Assembly (NCBI GenBank): GCA_048884965.1
Contig: JBHLQH010000002.1
Coordinates: 134,935 to 198,934, forward strand
Origin: Candidatus Thorarchaeota archaeon
GTDB taxonomy: Archaea > Asgardarchaeota > Thorarchaeia > Thorarchaeales > Thorarchaeaceae
Length of the DNA: 64,000 bases
Reading direction: 5' to 3'
Shown: positions 11,401-20,751 of the stretch, piece by piece
Numbering within the stretch: position 1 is the stretch's first letter
How the letters are laid out: every line of letters starts with the position of its first letter
Position numbers and translations under genes: made by a program
The notes under the pieces: model-generated
Database searches by the model: none
Told to the model about the DNA's origin: nothing
What the model saw: only the letters and a program-made list of their open reading frames with translations

Positions 11401-12907
11401 TGATTATGTCCTCGATACGGACTTCGGCTGGTCTGCAAATGTGACCCTTGAGAGGGTAGTCGAGTATCCACGAGCGATGATTTTGATGGACACATCTCAT
11501 GGTGGTGGATTTGGATCCCTGATGGGGGACAGCTTCGACCTCGGTGATACTGGAGGGTTCGATACAGGAGGATTTGGCGGAGGCGGTGGACTTCCATTCC
11601 CAGGCTTTTCCTTGGCACAGGACGACCTTGGAGATATGGGTTTTGGGGACATCAGCGATCTTGGTTCTATAGACGAGCTATTTGACTCGATTCGATTGAC
11701 TACGTTCTCCGGACTCTCGATCATGGAGAGTACAATGGCTGAGAATGGTATCGAGATTTTGGAGATACCCGGGACGGGGTTGAGTGAGGCTTTCTCTGCC
11801 TTGGCCGCTGCAGTCATGTTGATAGGACCTACAGAGGAGTTCAACAGCACTCACATTGAAACATATAGGGACTTTTCGGCAAGTGGAGGGAAAGTCATTA
11901 TCTTCGGTGATAATGAGGATAGGGCGAATTTGACAGGTTTGAACCCACTACTTGAAGCCTATGGCTATTACATGATGGGTGAGCACGATGCTGAGAATAC
12001 TACCGAGATTATTGCAGATTCCATCCTAGGTTCAGGTATGGACTCCATGTATCTAGGCGGTGGTACCTATATCTACAACAACCAATCAAGGGCCTCAGTC
12101 ACACTGAATGGAAAATCCGTGGTCTTAGTAGATGATTCCGCTCCAGAGATTATCCTCTTTGGTTCTTCGCGTATATTCATGAATGACAACATCGTGAAGT
12201 GCAACAACTCAATCTTGTTAGACAATCTTATCGAGTACCTGCTGGATGATACTCTCACATGTACTACAAGCCTCGCTGAGAATACTTCGAGATATCTTGT
12301 GGGGAAGAGCATCTACCTTAATCTCTATGTCACTGACTATGATGGATATCCAGTCAACGACCTGTTCGTTGCTATCGCATTCGAATTGCCAAATGGATCC
12401 CAAGCGTTCTTCATCGCGGGATTTGTTGAGAATGGTCTATACTCCTCTCAGTTCCTACCGAGCTACTGGAGAGATGAGGGAGTCGTTCACGGAATCTTCA
12501 TCCTGCTGAGAGAAGAGTACGCAGGGACCTATGCGAGCATATCCTTTGAACTTTACACATTGCCGCCAGCTAACACAACTATTACGCCAGAAGCATTCCT
12601 TACTATGGTCCAAGTTGCCTTTCTGACCTCTATAGGTATCTTTGGGGCAGTATTCACCATGTTAGGATTAAATCGATATCGAAGAAGGAAACGAATGCAC
12701 ATCCCAGAACTTGATCTAGAGCTCACCCAAGATATCGACAGCACACTCAATATGCTTCGAGCTACTATCGCTCAGTTGAACGATCTTATCGGACGTGAGG
12801 ACATCGATCGTATCCAGAAGATAGAGACCATGCGGAGCCTTATGGAAACCCTTGAACTGGCAAAGAAGAAGTTCAGGGAGATAAGCGATCAGATTGGAGG
12901 TATCTAG
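8435..12907 (+). CDS. Membrane-anchored S8 subtilisin-like pseudoprotease with GIFT (GldG/IFT52-like) domain
   Basis: Signal peptide and I9-like prodomain; S8 motifs VLDTG, FSGRGP, KPDLVAPGV; catalytic His and Ser replaced; 'ILMDTSH...GGKVIIFGD...LNPLLEAYG' GIFT-like; TM near 12613-12670 followed by RYRRRKR. Confidence 0.85.
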   Translation: MSLPRTTAMFLIIIMLCSSFTTFTPILSDSDDIVRPEEKLEQSLVGKTTSSEEIDAVVSYNEEMTEYKMGQARSFTENIAKVVEVYDDLNMIRIKIIGTELLRLAKASFVSHISPNEVLQVKQTDAYSSKALAEDEYTSFAELIGATDLWERGYNGSGVIIAVLDTGIDSSHPDLDNFDDNSSTSKVAAYASFVEADSLPTDILGPGSYAASIAAGTGNASEGRYSGIAPGAILLAGKVTLGGILALPSWIVSGIEWASTNGADIILLPFNTFGAPNDAVAQAIAKVVNKGIFVVAAAGDDGPDYLTIMSPGGGLECFTVGAYDHVNGEVPSFSGRGPSLSLNTKPDLVAPGVGIVGARIGGALSGLGLGDFDLGGLGGLGGLLGGSTGENIDDYYKVADTTAASAAIVAGAAAILMGAFDRATPIVIGNVLRDTATKLAYGANDAGAGLLNLRAAFNYLSQRQSPIDPLARTTGSALLSFGFLSAAGNNASSILMMSSFGTSTLVMDSRNGNMDIHMLMGTLSLKWNDMDPTSLMNFKVKRELHSVTLEGLTGLLSGLLGGAGAGDLGDLGGLGGLGGLGGLGGGDSKGYGRYVGVLSYEDELFVTLVVESYNFTTNSTLPLTAFKITPFILNVGNIPIDNVSLYLGYSLDLFGDGEDDHGKYSLSNHQLFAYGISEDYRDFYIGINSSRKMDAFEVGNASEVSSHITNDNLTGSTNFDGEVGLGMKWDFGRIYPRTPVNISIAMGFGENRTVLDASIDAMWTAEPPSSYTDQGDFLIIEADIPRTAKAGETYESRAIIMNIGTQPSDALAALAIIKDNNGSGTAFVQYFTFDEIKPFHIQVLEAEWRPETNTMHNVVWISTIGLESLNSIISDITTLAGGITSLAISILDDFIQRDVFVVNPISSASIFPKVLPFGPFDVRFPIDFGMYTISLATTLELGNMTVKNVGNAADWGNATLNSVDSVTGFYNFSIFVLVPPVTVDGYHRCDYVLDTDFGWSANVTLERVVEYPRAMILMDTSHGGGFGSLMGDSFDLGDTGGFDTGGFGGGGGLPFPGFSLAQDDLGDMGFGDISDLGSIDELFDSIRLTTFSGLSIMESTMAENGIEILEIPGTGLSEAFSALAAAVMLIGPTEEFNSTHIETYRDFSASGGKVIIFGDNEDRANLTGLNPLLEAYGYYMMGEHDAENTTEIIADSILGSGMDSMYLGGGTYIYNNQSRASVTLNGKSVVLVDDSAPEIILFGSSRIFMNDNIVKCNNSILLDNLIEYLLDDTLTCTTSLAENTSRYLVGKSIYLNLYVTDYDGYPVNDLFVAIAFELPNGSQAFFIAGFVENGLYSSQFLPSYWRDEGVVHGIFILLREEYAGTYASISFELYTLPPANTTITPEAFLTMVQVAFLTSIGIFGAVFTMLGLNRYRRRKRMHIPELDLELTQDIDSTLNMLRATIAQLNDLIGREDIDRIQKIETMRSLMETLELAKKKFREISDQIGGI

Positions 12908-12908
12908 A

Positions 12909-13889
12909 TTGAGTGAGCATCCTGAAAGAGAGATCGACATCATCGACCTGCAGGTTGCGTTTGGTGACTTCTATGCACTCAAGGGTGTATCATTCTATGC
13001 CAATAAGCGTGAGTTCTTGGGCATCATCGGGGCGAGCGGTGCTGGAAAGACCACTGTGCTTCGGGTACTGACTGGTCAGATAGGTCCCACTGGAGGACAA
13101 GCCTTCGTGGGAGGACACGATGTCACACGGAAGCGAAACCTGATCTCACTCTTAGTGGGATATGTGCCACAACTTGAACACCTTAGCTTGTACTTTGACT
13201 TCAGTGCGCTGGAGAATGCCAAGTTCTTCGGGAGATGTTTCGGACTCAGAGAGCCCGAAATCGAGAAGCGAGCACGGGAAGTATTGGAGATCCTCGGTTT
13301 CGATGAGGACCTCATGACCAAGACGGTATCGAGGCTCTCAGGAGGTGAACGCAAACGAGTGTCCATCTGCCTCGGTATGATTCATAATCCGCCGGTCTTG
13401 CTTTTGGACGAGCCGACCACAGGCTTGGATGCACATCTCCGGCACGAGACCCTGAACTACCTGAAGGAGCTCAACTTTGAGCTTGGAACCACCATGGTGA
13501 TCATCAGTCACGATCTTGAGATCGTTGACTACTGTACACGTGTGACACTCTTAGAGGATGGTCTAGTGAGTCAATTCGGGACTCCGCTAGAGCTTATCTC
13601 AACATTACCAGGAAAGGGAGAAGGTCTAGGACTACACCTTCCGAACCTTTCCTCATGGATGCTTAGCAAAGTAGAGCAGCTTCCCGGCGTGCGCTATTAT
13701 GCACGTTCTGGGAGGAACACCTTGAAGCTCTTTATCGATAACCCTGCAGACAATATGCTTCCAGTCATCACAGAGCTCAACAAGCAGGGGATACCATTCG
13801 AGGAGCTCTCGCTGGTCGAGGCAGATTTCTTCGATTATTTCCAAGTAAAGCCTTGGAAGAAAAAACCAACTACAGGAGAGAGTGAATGA
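12909..13889 (+). CDS. ABC transporter ATP-binding protein
   Basis: GASGAGKTT, LSGGE, LLLDEP, ISH motifs; TTG start at 12909 follows GGAGGT (track start 12894). Confidence 0.95.
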   Translation: MSEHPEREIDIIDLQVAFGDFYALKGVSFYANKREFLGIIGASGAGKTTVLRVLTGQIGPTGGQAFVGGHDVTRKRNLISLLVGYVPQLEHLSLYFDFSALENAKFFGRCFGLREPEIEKRAREVLEILGFDEDLMTKTVSRLSGGERKRVSICLGMIHNPPVLLLDEPTTGLDAHLRHETLNYLKELNFELGTTMVIISHDLEIVDYCTRVTLLEDGLVSQFGTPLELISTLPGKGEGLGLHLPNLSSWMLSKVEQLPGVRYYARSGRNTLKLFIDNPADNMLPVITELNKQGIPFEELSLVEADFFDYFQVKPWKKKPTTGESE

Positions 13890-16800
13890 TGAAACCGTAC
13901 CAAATCATTCTAGCAGTCATATTCGTCTGTGTGGTCTTTGGACTACAGGGAAGTACTACTTCCACTCTAGATAGCCCACAAATGATACAACCAGAGCGAG
14001 AGATGGTGCTTGCTGATATTGTTCCATTCTCGACCGCACTGGTATGGCAAAATAACACCGGAGGACAGGTCGTCTCTGTGGTCACAGCGGACTTTGATGC
14101 CGACTCGAATGATGAGGTAGCTGTGGTCATCCAGAATGGTACCCTGTTCTTCTTCGACGAGAGCGGGAACAAGGTCGCTCAGGTGGACCTTGGCACGACA
14201 CCCTATGCGATGGTGGCAGTAGAAGCTGATGGTACTGCAGGGAGCGAGGTGCTCCTAGGTACTATTGACGGCATGCTAGTAGTCGACCCAGCTACGACCA
14301 TCCTGATCGATGTAGTCCTACCTAGTGAGGTACGCACGGTGGTAGGCGCTGATTTGGACGGCGATAATGTGGATGAGTTCATCGCAGGGGCTGAGAACAA
14401 CAAGGTGTATGCCTATAACGCCTTGGGAGCGAACGTCTGGAACTACACCAGCAACGCAGCAGTCAGGTTCCTCGATGCCTTTGACAGCGATACGGACACC
14501 TTCGATGAGCTTCTCATCGGGACGACCCTGCGCAACATGACCTATCTGGACGATGACGGGTCTAAGATCCTCTCTAGAACGACGAGTGCGAATATCAATC
14601 TTGTACGGTTCGGTCACCTTGGTGGCACAGGTGCTGCTGACCTTCTGTATGGGGATGCAGCAGGCAACTTCAAGGCCATCGACATCAATGGGACAACCAG
14701 ATTCTCCTTCAAGCTGGATGAGGGCATCACCGCTATCGAAGTAGCTGACCTCATGGCGGGTGGCGGCAACGAGCTCATCCTAGGTACTGCTGGCGCAAAG
14801 GTACGGGTCTATAACGAGACCATGACCGAGAAATGGAACAAGACCAGGACCAACAGCATCACTGCCCTGCGTGTGGCCAATGTCGCTGGGACCGCGACTC
14901 CACAGCTCCTCGTCGGAGAGAGCGGCGGGCCCATCACCCTCTATAACTCGACTGGCTACCGGGTCTCTCAGACCACTATCACTGGCTATAATGGCATCCT
15001 CAAAATCGGGGACCTTGACAACACCGGGACCGCTGAGTTCCTCGGTGCCAGTACCTTTGGCGTAGTCGCTGTCTACGGACGTGACTATGACCGTGATGGA
15101 CTTGCGGACGCTCGCGAGAACAACATCGTAGGCACCCTCTGGAATGACGCGGACACTGATAATGAAGGTCTTGACGATGGCGAAGAGGTCCTCACCTATG
15201 GAACGGACCCGCTGCTTCCAGACACTGACGGAGACAAGCTCTCGGACTTTGCAGAGGTCGTGACCTATGGGACCGACCCTAATGATGTCGACAGCGATGG
15301 AGACAAGCTCACAGACTGGCAGGAGGTCTTCCTTGGTACTGACCCCAATGCCCAGTCCTCTGACAGTGACGCACTGACTGACTATGAGGAGAACAACCTC
15401 ACCCTGACGGACCCTCTCGATGCTGACACCAATGACAATGGCGTGAACGATGCTCAGGATGATAATGACGGTGATGGTTTGACTAATCTACAAGAGGTAC
15501 GCATCACCGAGACCGATCCCAACGATGTCGATACTGATAATGATACCATCTCGGACTACTATGACGATGAGGACGCTGACAACCTCGCGAACTGGAAAGA
15601 GATAGAGGTCGGCTCCGATGTCCATGACCCTGACAGTGATGATGACTTGCTACTTGACGGTGCAGAGGTGAAGATCTGGAAGACCTCGCCTATCAATGAG
15701 GATACGGACAACGACCAGCTCACGGATTGGGAAGAGGTCACCATCGTCCATTCTAACCCTCGTGTCGCAGACACAGATGAGGACGGTCTTAGTGACTTTG
15801 AGGAGTACAATGACTATGGTACGAATGCGTCTGACGCCGACACTGATCATGATAATCTAGATGACTATGATGAGATCATCACCTATCAGACGAATGCGAC
15901 GAACCCAGATACAGATGCTGATACTTTGCTTGATGGTGACGAGGTACATATCTATGAAACAGACCCCAATTCGAATGATACAGACTTGGATGGCGTCACT
16001 GATGACTATGAGATTGCCAATGGTTTGAATGCGACCAAATCGGATACCGATGGTGATACTCTGTCAGACGGATTGGAAGTATATGTCTATCTTACTAACG
16101 CTACGAACAAGGATACTGATGGAGATCTTATATTCGACCAACATGAGATCAAGTACTGGAATGACTCGGTAGCCAAGAACGCGCACTTCTTTGATGCTGT
16201 CTTGACAGACTATGAGTTCGATACTGATGGTGATAATCTCTCCAACGGTGATGAGATCTACTGGACCAAGACCTCGCCAATCCTTGCAGATACAGATGGG
16301 GACTTCATCGATGATGACCTTGAGGACAGCGACCTTGACGGATTGAACAACTATCAGGAGCTCTATGTGACAAATACGCTACCTCGAAACCCGGATAGCG
16401 ACGATGATAAGGTGAAGGATGGGGACGAGGTGAACATCCTCGGCACGGACCCCAACGATGAAGATACCAATGATAACTCGATTTCTGACTATGATGAGGA
16501 TATGGATAATGATGACCTCTCGAATGGTATCGAGCTGTACATCACCTATACAGACCCTACCCTCTGGGACTCGGGAGGAACTGCAGGGGTCTCTGACTAT
16601 TATGATGATGAGGATGGCGACCTGCTTCCCAACTGGTTCGAGGTCTTCATGAGCGAGACCGACCCGACCTATAACGATACGAACGATGATGGTGATTTGG
16701 ACTGGGAAGAGGACCCCGATAACGACGACCTCAACAACCTTGCTGAACTCAATGCAGAGACTGACCCACTGGACTTTGACAGTGACAATGATCAACTATC

Positions 16801-19800
16801 AGACGGCGAAGAGGTCAATATTGTCCTCACTGACCCCAATGATAGTGATAGTGACGACGACGGCATTCTCGATGGGGCTGACGATAAGGACAATGACGGT
16901 CTGACGAACCTGGAAGAGATCAGGACCTACGATACTGACCCTACTAAGCGAGACACTGACGGCGATATGCTTCGTGACGGCCTCGAGATAGACGTGGGTC
17001 TTAACGCCACCAATTTTGACACAGATGGTGATGGTTTGTTTGATGGATTCAACGATACGAACCACAACGGTCACTGGGACTTTGGAGAGTACGGTGAGGA
17101 TCTTGATAGAGATGGCATTGTTGATAAGTACGAGACCGATCCCTCAGTTGCAGATTCAGATGGAGATGGCATAGAAGACGGTCTAGAGGTCATGACTATT
17201 GGTTCGGACCCACTTGATGAGGATACAGATGATGACTTGCTTCTAGATGGACAGGAGTACAACGATCTAGGCACTTCGCCACTCCTTAATGACACGGATT
17301 CGGACAATCTTGATGACTATATCGAGAACAACATCACCCTCACCAATCCTACCGAGTGGAGTACCTACCTGAACGGTACCTCGGACTATGACCTCGACTC
17401 TGACCATGATGGCGTTTCGAACGGTGAAGAGATCGACCTATACGATACATCGCCTGGAGACGCAGATACCGACGATGACGAGATCTACGATGGTCCTGAA
17501 ATCTTCACCTATGGTACAGATCCACTGAAGGAGGACTCGGACAATGACAGGTTGACGGATTATGAGGAGATCTTCATCTACAACAGCAACCCGCTCATAA
17601 AGGACTCAGACGGGGATCAACTTTACGACGGCTTTGAGGTGCTGGATATCAACACCTTGCCCAATGATACTGATTCAGATAATGACTCCATCAGCGACTA
17701 TGATGAGGACTTCGACCTTGATGGCCTCTCGAACGGTCTGGAGGTCTTTGGCTACTACACCAACGCCACGAACCCAGATACTGATGGAGACCTGTTAGAA
17801 GACGGCTATGAGGTTTACACAGCAGGTACCTCACCAATCGATATGGATACAGACGATGATGGCGTTTCAGACTTTGATGAGGACCAGATCTGGCATACTG
17901 ACCCGACAGGGACGGATTCTGACGCCGATGGCATAGGAGACTATGATGAAATCTACGTCTATGAGACCTCTCCGACCCTCTGGGATAGCGATGGGGACCA
18001 ATTGTCCGACGGCGCAGAGATCAACACCTATGGTAGCGACCCGAACCTTGCAGACTCCGACTTTGACAACATCAATGACAAGAAGGAGCTCGAGCTCGGG
18101 ACGGACCTGAACAACAATGATACAGATTCTGACGGACTTTCGGACTGGGAGGAGTGGCAGATCTATGATACAGACCCGACCCAGGCTGATCAGGATAACG
18201 ACGGTCTTAATGATAAGGAGGAGCTGGAGAACGGTACAGACCCCGAGAATGCGGATAGCGACTTTGACTCGTTATCAGACGGGGATGAGGTTAACATCTA
18301 TGAGACAGACCCCCTGGATGAGGACAGCGATGACGATAACATCGCGGACAACGATGAGGTGTGGAACAGCCACACAGACCCGAACGTCGTCGATAGCGAC
18401 GGCGATACTATCCCTGATGATCTCGATGATGAGGACGGTGATGGTATCAGCAACTTCGATGAGATCTACGTCTACGAGACGAACTGTACCCTCATCGATA
18501 GTGACGGCGATCGCCTCTCAGACTACTTTGAGCTCTTCACTCTGAGTGACCCGACTGACCCTAACAATGCAGATAGCGATGGTGACACCATTGACGACTG
18601 GGACGAGCTCTACTACTACTCCAGTGACCCTAATGACCGGGACAGTGATGGAGACGGACTGGAAGACTCGGAGGAAGCACGAACCTACTTCACCCTCCTG
18701 AACGACACGGATACTGATGACGACGGCCTATCGGACTACGATGAGATCTCAGTGTTCGAAACGGACCCGCTCCAGTGGGACACGGATGGAGATACTCTAA
18801 GCGATGGAGCAGAGCTGAACATCTACAACACTGACCCCCTGAAGGACGATAGTGATGATGACAAGCTCTTAGATAATCAGGAGCTTATCCTAGGCACTGA
18901 CCCTCGAGAGGAGGACACAGATGGGGACGACCTTACCGACTTCCAAGAGGTGAACCAGACCCTCACGAACCCCTTGGCGTACAGCACGCAAGGCAACGGC
19001 GTGCCCGATTCCGAATGGGACATCGATGAGGATGGCTTGAGCAACCTGGACGAGATCACCAAGACCAAGACGGACCCGAGGAACGCGGACTCGGACGGGG
19101 ACACCGTGAATGATGGTGATGATGATGAGGACAGGGACCTCCTGACGAACTACGAGGAGTGCGTCCTGACCGAGACAGACCCGCGGGACAAGGACTCCGA
19201 TGACAATGGGATATCAGATTACAATGATGATGAGGATGATGATGGACTTACCAACCATGAGGAGGTCCACATCTACCACACCGATCCGCTAGATGAAGAC
19301 ACCGACAACGATGATCTGACTGACTTTGAGGAAGTGGACGAGTATGGCACAGACCCGCTCGATTCCGACTCTGACGACGACAAATTGAGTGACGGAGTTG
19401 AGGTCAACGATTGGAACAGCGACCCACTCATGAATGACACGGACTCTGACCTTCTATCTGACTGGGAAGAGGTCGTCCTGACCTTCACGGACCCGACGAC
19501 AAACATGACCTATGCAGGGATATTAGACTCTCTCTATGATAGCGATAATGACGGTCTCGGTAATCTTGAGGAGCTACGGGTGTACCACACTCGACCGGAT
19601 GACGAGGACTCTGACAATGACGATCTAATAGATGGCATGGAGATAGCCATAGGAACAAATCCCCTGCTTGATGATACAGACGGGGATTCCATTAAGGACG
19701 GTCTCGAGTACTGGGAGTACGGGACGGACCCCTTGCTAGAGGATACCGACGGAGACCAACTGAGCGACTCACAGGAGATTGGCATCTTCCATACTAATGC

Positions 19801-20641
19801 GACCAACGCTGATAGCGATGGCGATGGCATCAATGATTTCATCGAGGCTGTGATCCTAGAGTCGAACCCATGGTATATCGATAGCGACTATGACCGTCTC
19901 AGCGATACAGAGGAGTACTTCACCTATGGCACATCCCTCACGGACCAAGACAGCGACAACGATGAGATCAGCGACTACGATGAGGTGAAGGTACTAGGCA
20001 GCAACCCACTGAGTATTGACACGGACAATGACCTGCTCAATGACACGATGGAATACTTCGTCTACGATACGAACTTGACGCTCTGGGACTCGGACTTTGA
20101 TGGGTGGTCGGATTTCGAGGAGGTCGTCTTTGGGACCAATCCGAACAATCAGGACACGGATGGAGACTGGATTCCCGATCCTCAGGACGCCTTTGCGACC
20201 ACACACTGGGGCTTCCAGCTAGGTGGCATCCTAGCCCTGGCCTTTGTAGCAGCAGTGCTCGTGAAGCGTGTCAGAGACCGCAGAAAGGCGAGGGAGTATG
20301 TGACGAGGGCGGAGCCTGCCAGTGAAGGGCTTGAGCCAGGTATGGATATCGCCGTGGAATACAAGATTCGAGAAGGCAAGGTGGTCTTTGGCGTGGTCAT
20401 CAGGAATGGTTCTCGCTTTACCATGTCTAATGTCATGGTCATCTTGGGCATCCCAGACCTGACTGATGCCATCAAGAGCAAGACCATCGGTACAGTAGAC
20501 CCTGATGCCGTATCCATCGTCCAAATCGAATTCGAGCTGCAGCCAGGCGCACAGGGCGAGCTGGTCGGTATGCTCGAGTACGATACAGAGGATGGAGAGC
20601 ATCGAGTCGTCAACCTTCGACCCGTGAAGATCGTGGCATAG
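13886..20641 (+). CDS. Giant type I membrane surface protein: FG-GAP-like beta-propeller, long TSP3-like Ca2+-binding repeat stalk, TM, cytoplasmic Ig-like domain
   Basis: Signal peptide; 'ADFDADSNDEV', 'ADLDGDNVDEFIAG', 'GDLDNTGTAEF' repeats; dozens of D(T/S)DxDGLxDxxE...TDP units; TM 'LGGILALAFVAAVLV' then KRVRDRRK; ATGA overlap with the upstream gene. Confidence 0.9.
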   Translation: MMKPYQIILAVIFVCVVFGLQGSTTSTLDSPQMIQPEREMVLADIVPFSTALVWQNNTGGQVVSVVTADFDADSNDEVAVVIQNGTLFFFDESGNKVAQVDLGTTPYAMVAVEADGTAGSEVLLGTIDGMLVVDPATTILIDVVLPSEVRTVVGADLDGDNVDEFIAGAENNKVYAYNALGANVWNYTSNAAVRFLDAFDSDTDTFDELLIGTTLRNMTYLDDDGSKILSRTTSANINLVRFGHLGGTGAADLLYGDAAGNFKAIDINGTTRFSFKLDEGITAIEVADLMAGGGNELILGTAGAKVRVYNETMTEKWNKTRTNSITALRVANVAGTATPQLLVGESGGPITLYNSTGYRVSQTTITGYNGILKIGDLDNTGTAEFLGASTFGVVAVYGRDYDRDGLADARENNIVGTLWNDADTDNEGLDDGEEVLTYGTDPLLPDTDGDKLSDFAEVVTYGTDPNDVDSDGDKLTDWQEVFLGTDPNAQSSDSDALTDYEENNLTLTDPLDADTNDNGVNDAQDDNDGDGLTNLQEVRITETDPNDVDTDNDTISDYYDDEDADNLANWKEIEVGSDVHDPDSDDDLLLDGAEVKIWKTSPINEDTDNDQLTDWEEVTIVHSNPRVADTDEDGLSDFEEYNDYGTNASDADTDHDNLDDYDEIITYQTNATNPDTDADTLLDGDEVHIYETDPNSNDTDLDGVTDDYEIANGLNATKSDTDGDTLSDGLEVYVYLTNATNKDTDGDLIFDQHEIKYWNDSVAKNAHFFDAVLTDYEFDTDGDNLSNGDEIYWTKTSPILADTDGDFIDDDLEDSDLDGLNNYQELYVTNTLPRNPDSDDDKVKDGDEVNILGTDPNDEDTNDNSISDYDEDMDNDDLSNGIELYITYTDPTLWDSGGTAGVSDYYDDEDGDLLPNWFEVFMSETDPTYNDTNDDGDLDWEEDPDNDDLNNLAELNAETDPLDFDSDNDQLSDGEEVNIVLTDPNDSDSDDDGILDGADDKDNDGLTNLEEIRTYDTDPTKRDTDGDMLRDGLEIDVGLNATNFDTDGDGLFDGFNDTNHNGHWDFGEYGEDLDRDGIVDKYETDPSVADSDGDGIEDGLEVMTIGSDPLDEDTDDDLLLDGQEYNDLGTSPLLNDTDSDNLDDYIENNITLTNPTEWSTYLNGTSDYDLDSDHDGVSNGEEIDLYDTSPGDADTDDDEIYDGPEIFTYGTDPLKEDSDNDRLTDYEEIFIYNSNPLIKDSDGDQLYDGFEVLDINTLPNDTDSDNDSISDYDEDFDLDGLSNGLEVFGYYTNATNPDTDGDLLEDGYEVYTAGTSPIDMDTDDDGVSDFDEDQIWHTDPTGTDSDADGIGDYDEIYVYETSPTLWDSDGDQLSDGAEINTYGSDPNLADSDFDNINDKKELELGTDLNNNDTDSDGLSDWEEWQIYDTDPTQADQDNDGLNDKEELENGTDPENADSDFDSLSDGDEVNIYETDPLDEDSDDDNIADNDEVWNSHTDPNVVDSDGDTIPDDLDDEDGDGISNFDEIYVYETNCTLIDSDGDRLSDYFELFTLSDPTDPNNADSDGDTIDDWDELYYYSSDPNDRDSDGDGLEDSEEARTYFTLLNDTDTDDDGLSDYDEISVFETDPLQWDTDGDTLSDGAELNIYNTDPLKDDSDDDKLLDNQELILGTDPREEDTDGDDLTDFQEVNQTLTNPLAYSTQGNGVPDSEWDIDEDGLSNLDEITKTKTDPRNADSDGDTVNDGDDDEDRDLLTNYEECVLTETDPRDKDSDDNGISDYNDDEDDDGLTNHEEVHIYHTDPLDEDTDNDDLTDFEEVDEYGTDPLDSDSDDDKLSDGVEVNDWNSDPLMNDTDSDLLSDWEEVVLTFTDPTTNMTYAGILDSLYDSDNDGLGNLEELRVYHTRPDDEDSDNDDLIDGMEIAIGTNPLLDDTDGDSIKDGLEYWEYGTDPLLEDTDGDQLSDSQEIGIFHTNATNADSDGDGINDFIEAVILESNPWYIDSDYDRLSDTEEYFTYGTSLTDQDSDNDEISDYDEVKVLGSNPLSIDTDNDLLNDTMEYFVYDTNLTLWDSDFDGWSDFEEVVFGTNPNNQDTDGDWIPDPQDAFATTHWGFQLGGILALAFVAAVLVKRVRDRRKAREYVTRAEPASEGLEPGMDIAVEYKIREGKVVFGVVIRNGSRFTMSNVMVILGIPDLTDAIKSKTIGTVDPDAVSIVQIEFELQPGAQGELVGMLEYDTEDGEHRVVNLRPVKIVA
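15085..20190 (+). repeat. Intragenic degenerate tandem repeat array (~23-24-aa DTDxDGLxDxEE units, with ~38-aa doublet variants)
   Basis: Visible in translation; roughly 60-70 units (estimated, not counted), diverged at DNA level. Confidence 0.9.
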
Positions 20642-20751
20642 TCGGTTCATACCGGCATGCCACCGTCATTTCCCCTAAAGGAAAGTTTTATTGGGATATC
20701 TAGTAAAACTATTCGCAGGTTCGCATAGAGGGGGAAAGGAACGCGCCTCAA

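Noticed and set aside
8435-12907. Annotating the S8 gene as an active serine protease or as a pseudogene
   Set aside because: Catalytic His and Ser are absent, but the frame is uninterrupted with intact signal peptide and TM
15085-20190. Possible CRISPR array or DNA-level tandem repeat
   Set aside because: The periodicity is at protein level with heavy synonymous divergence, inside one open frame; there are no identical repeats with unique spacers and no cas genes
14203-20650. Many Ser/Val-rich antisense and alternate-frame ORFs
   Set aside because: Shadow ORFs produced by the Asp-rich, GC-biased codons of the 2251-aa gene
20684-20710. AGTTTTA-N13-TAAAACT inverted repeat before the TPR gene
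   Set aside because: AT-rich 7-mer overlapping a probable TATA box; could easily arise by chance
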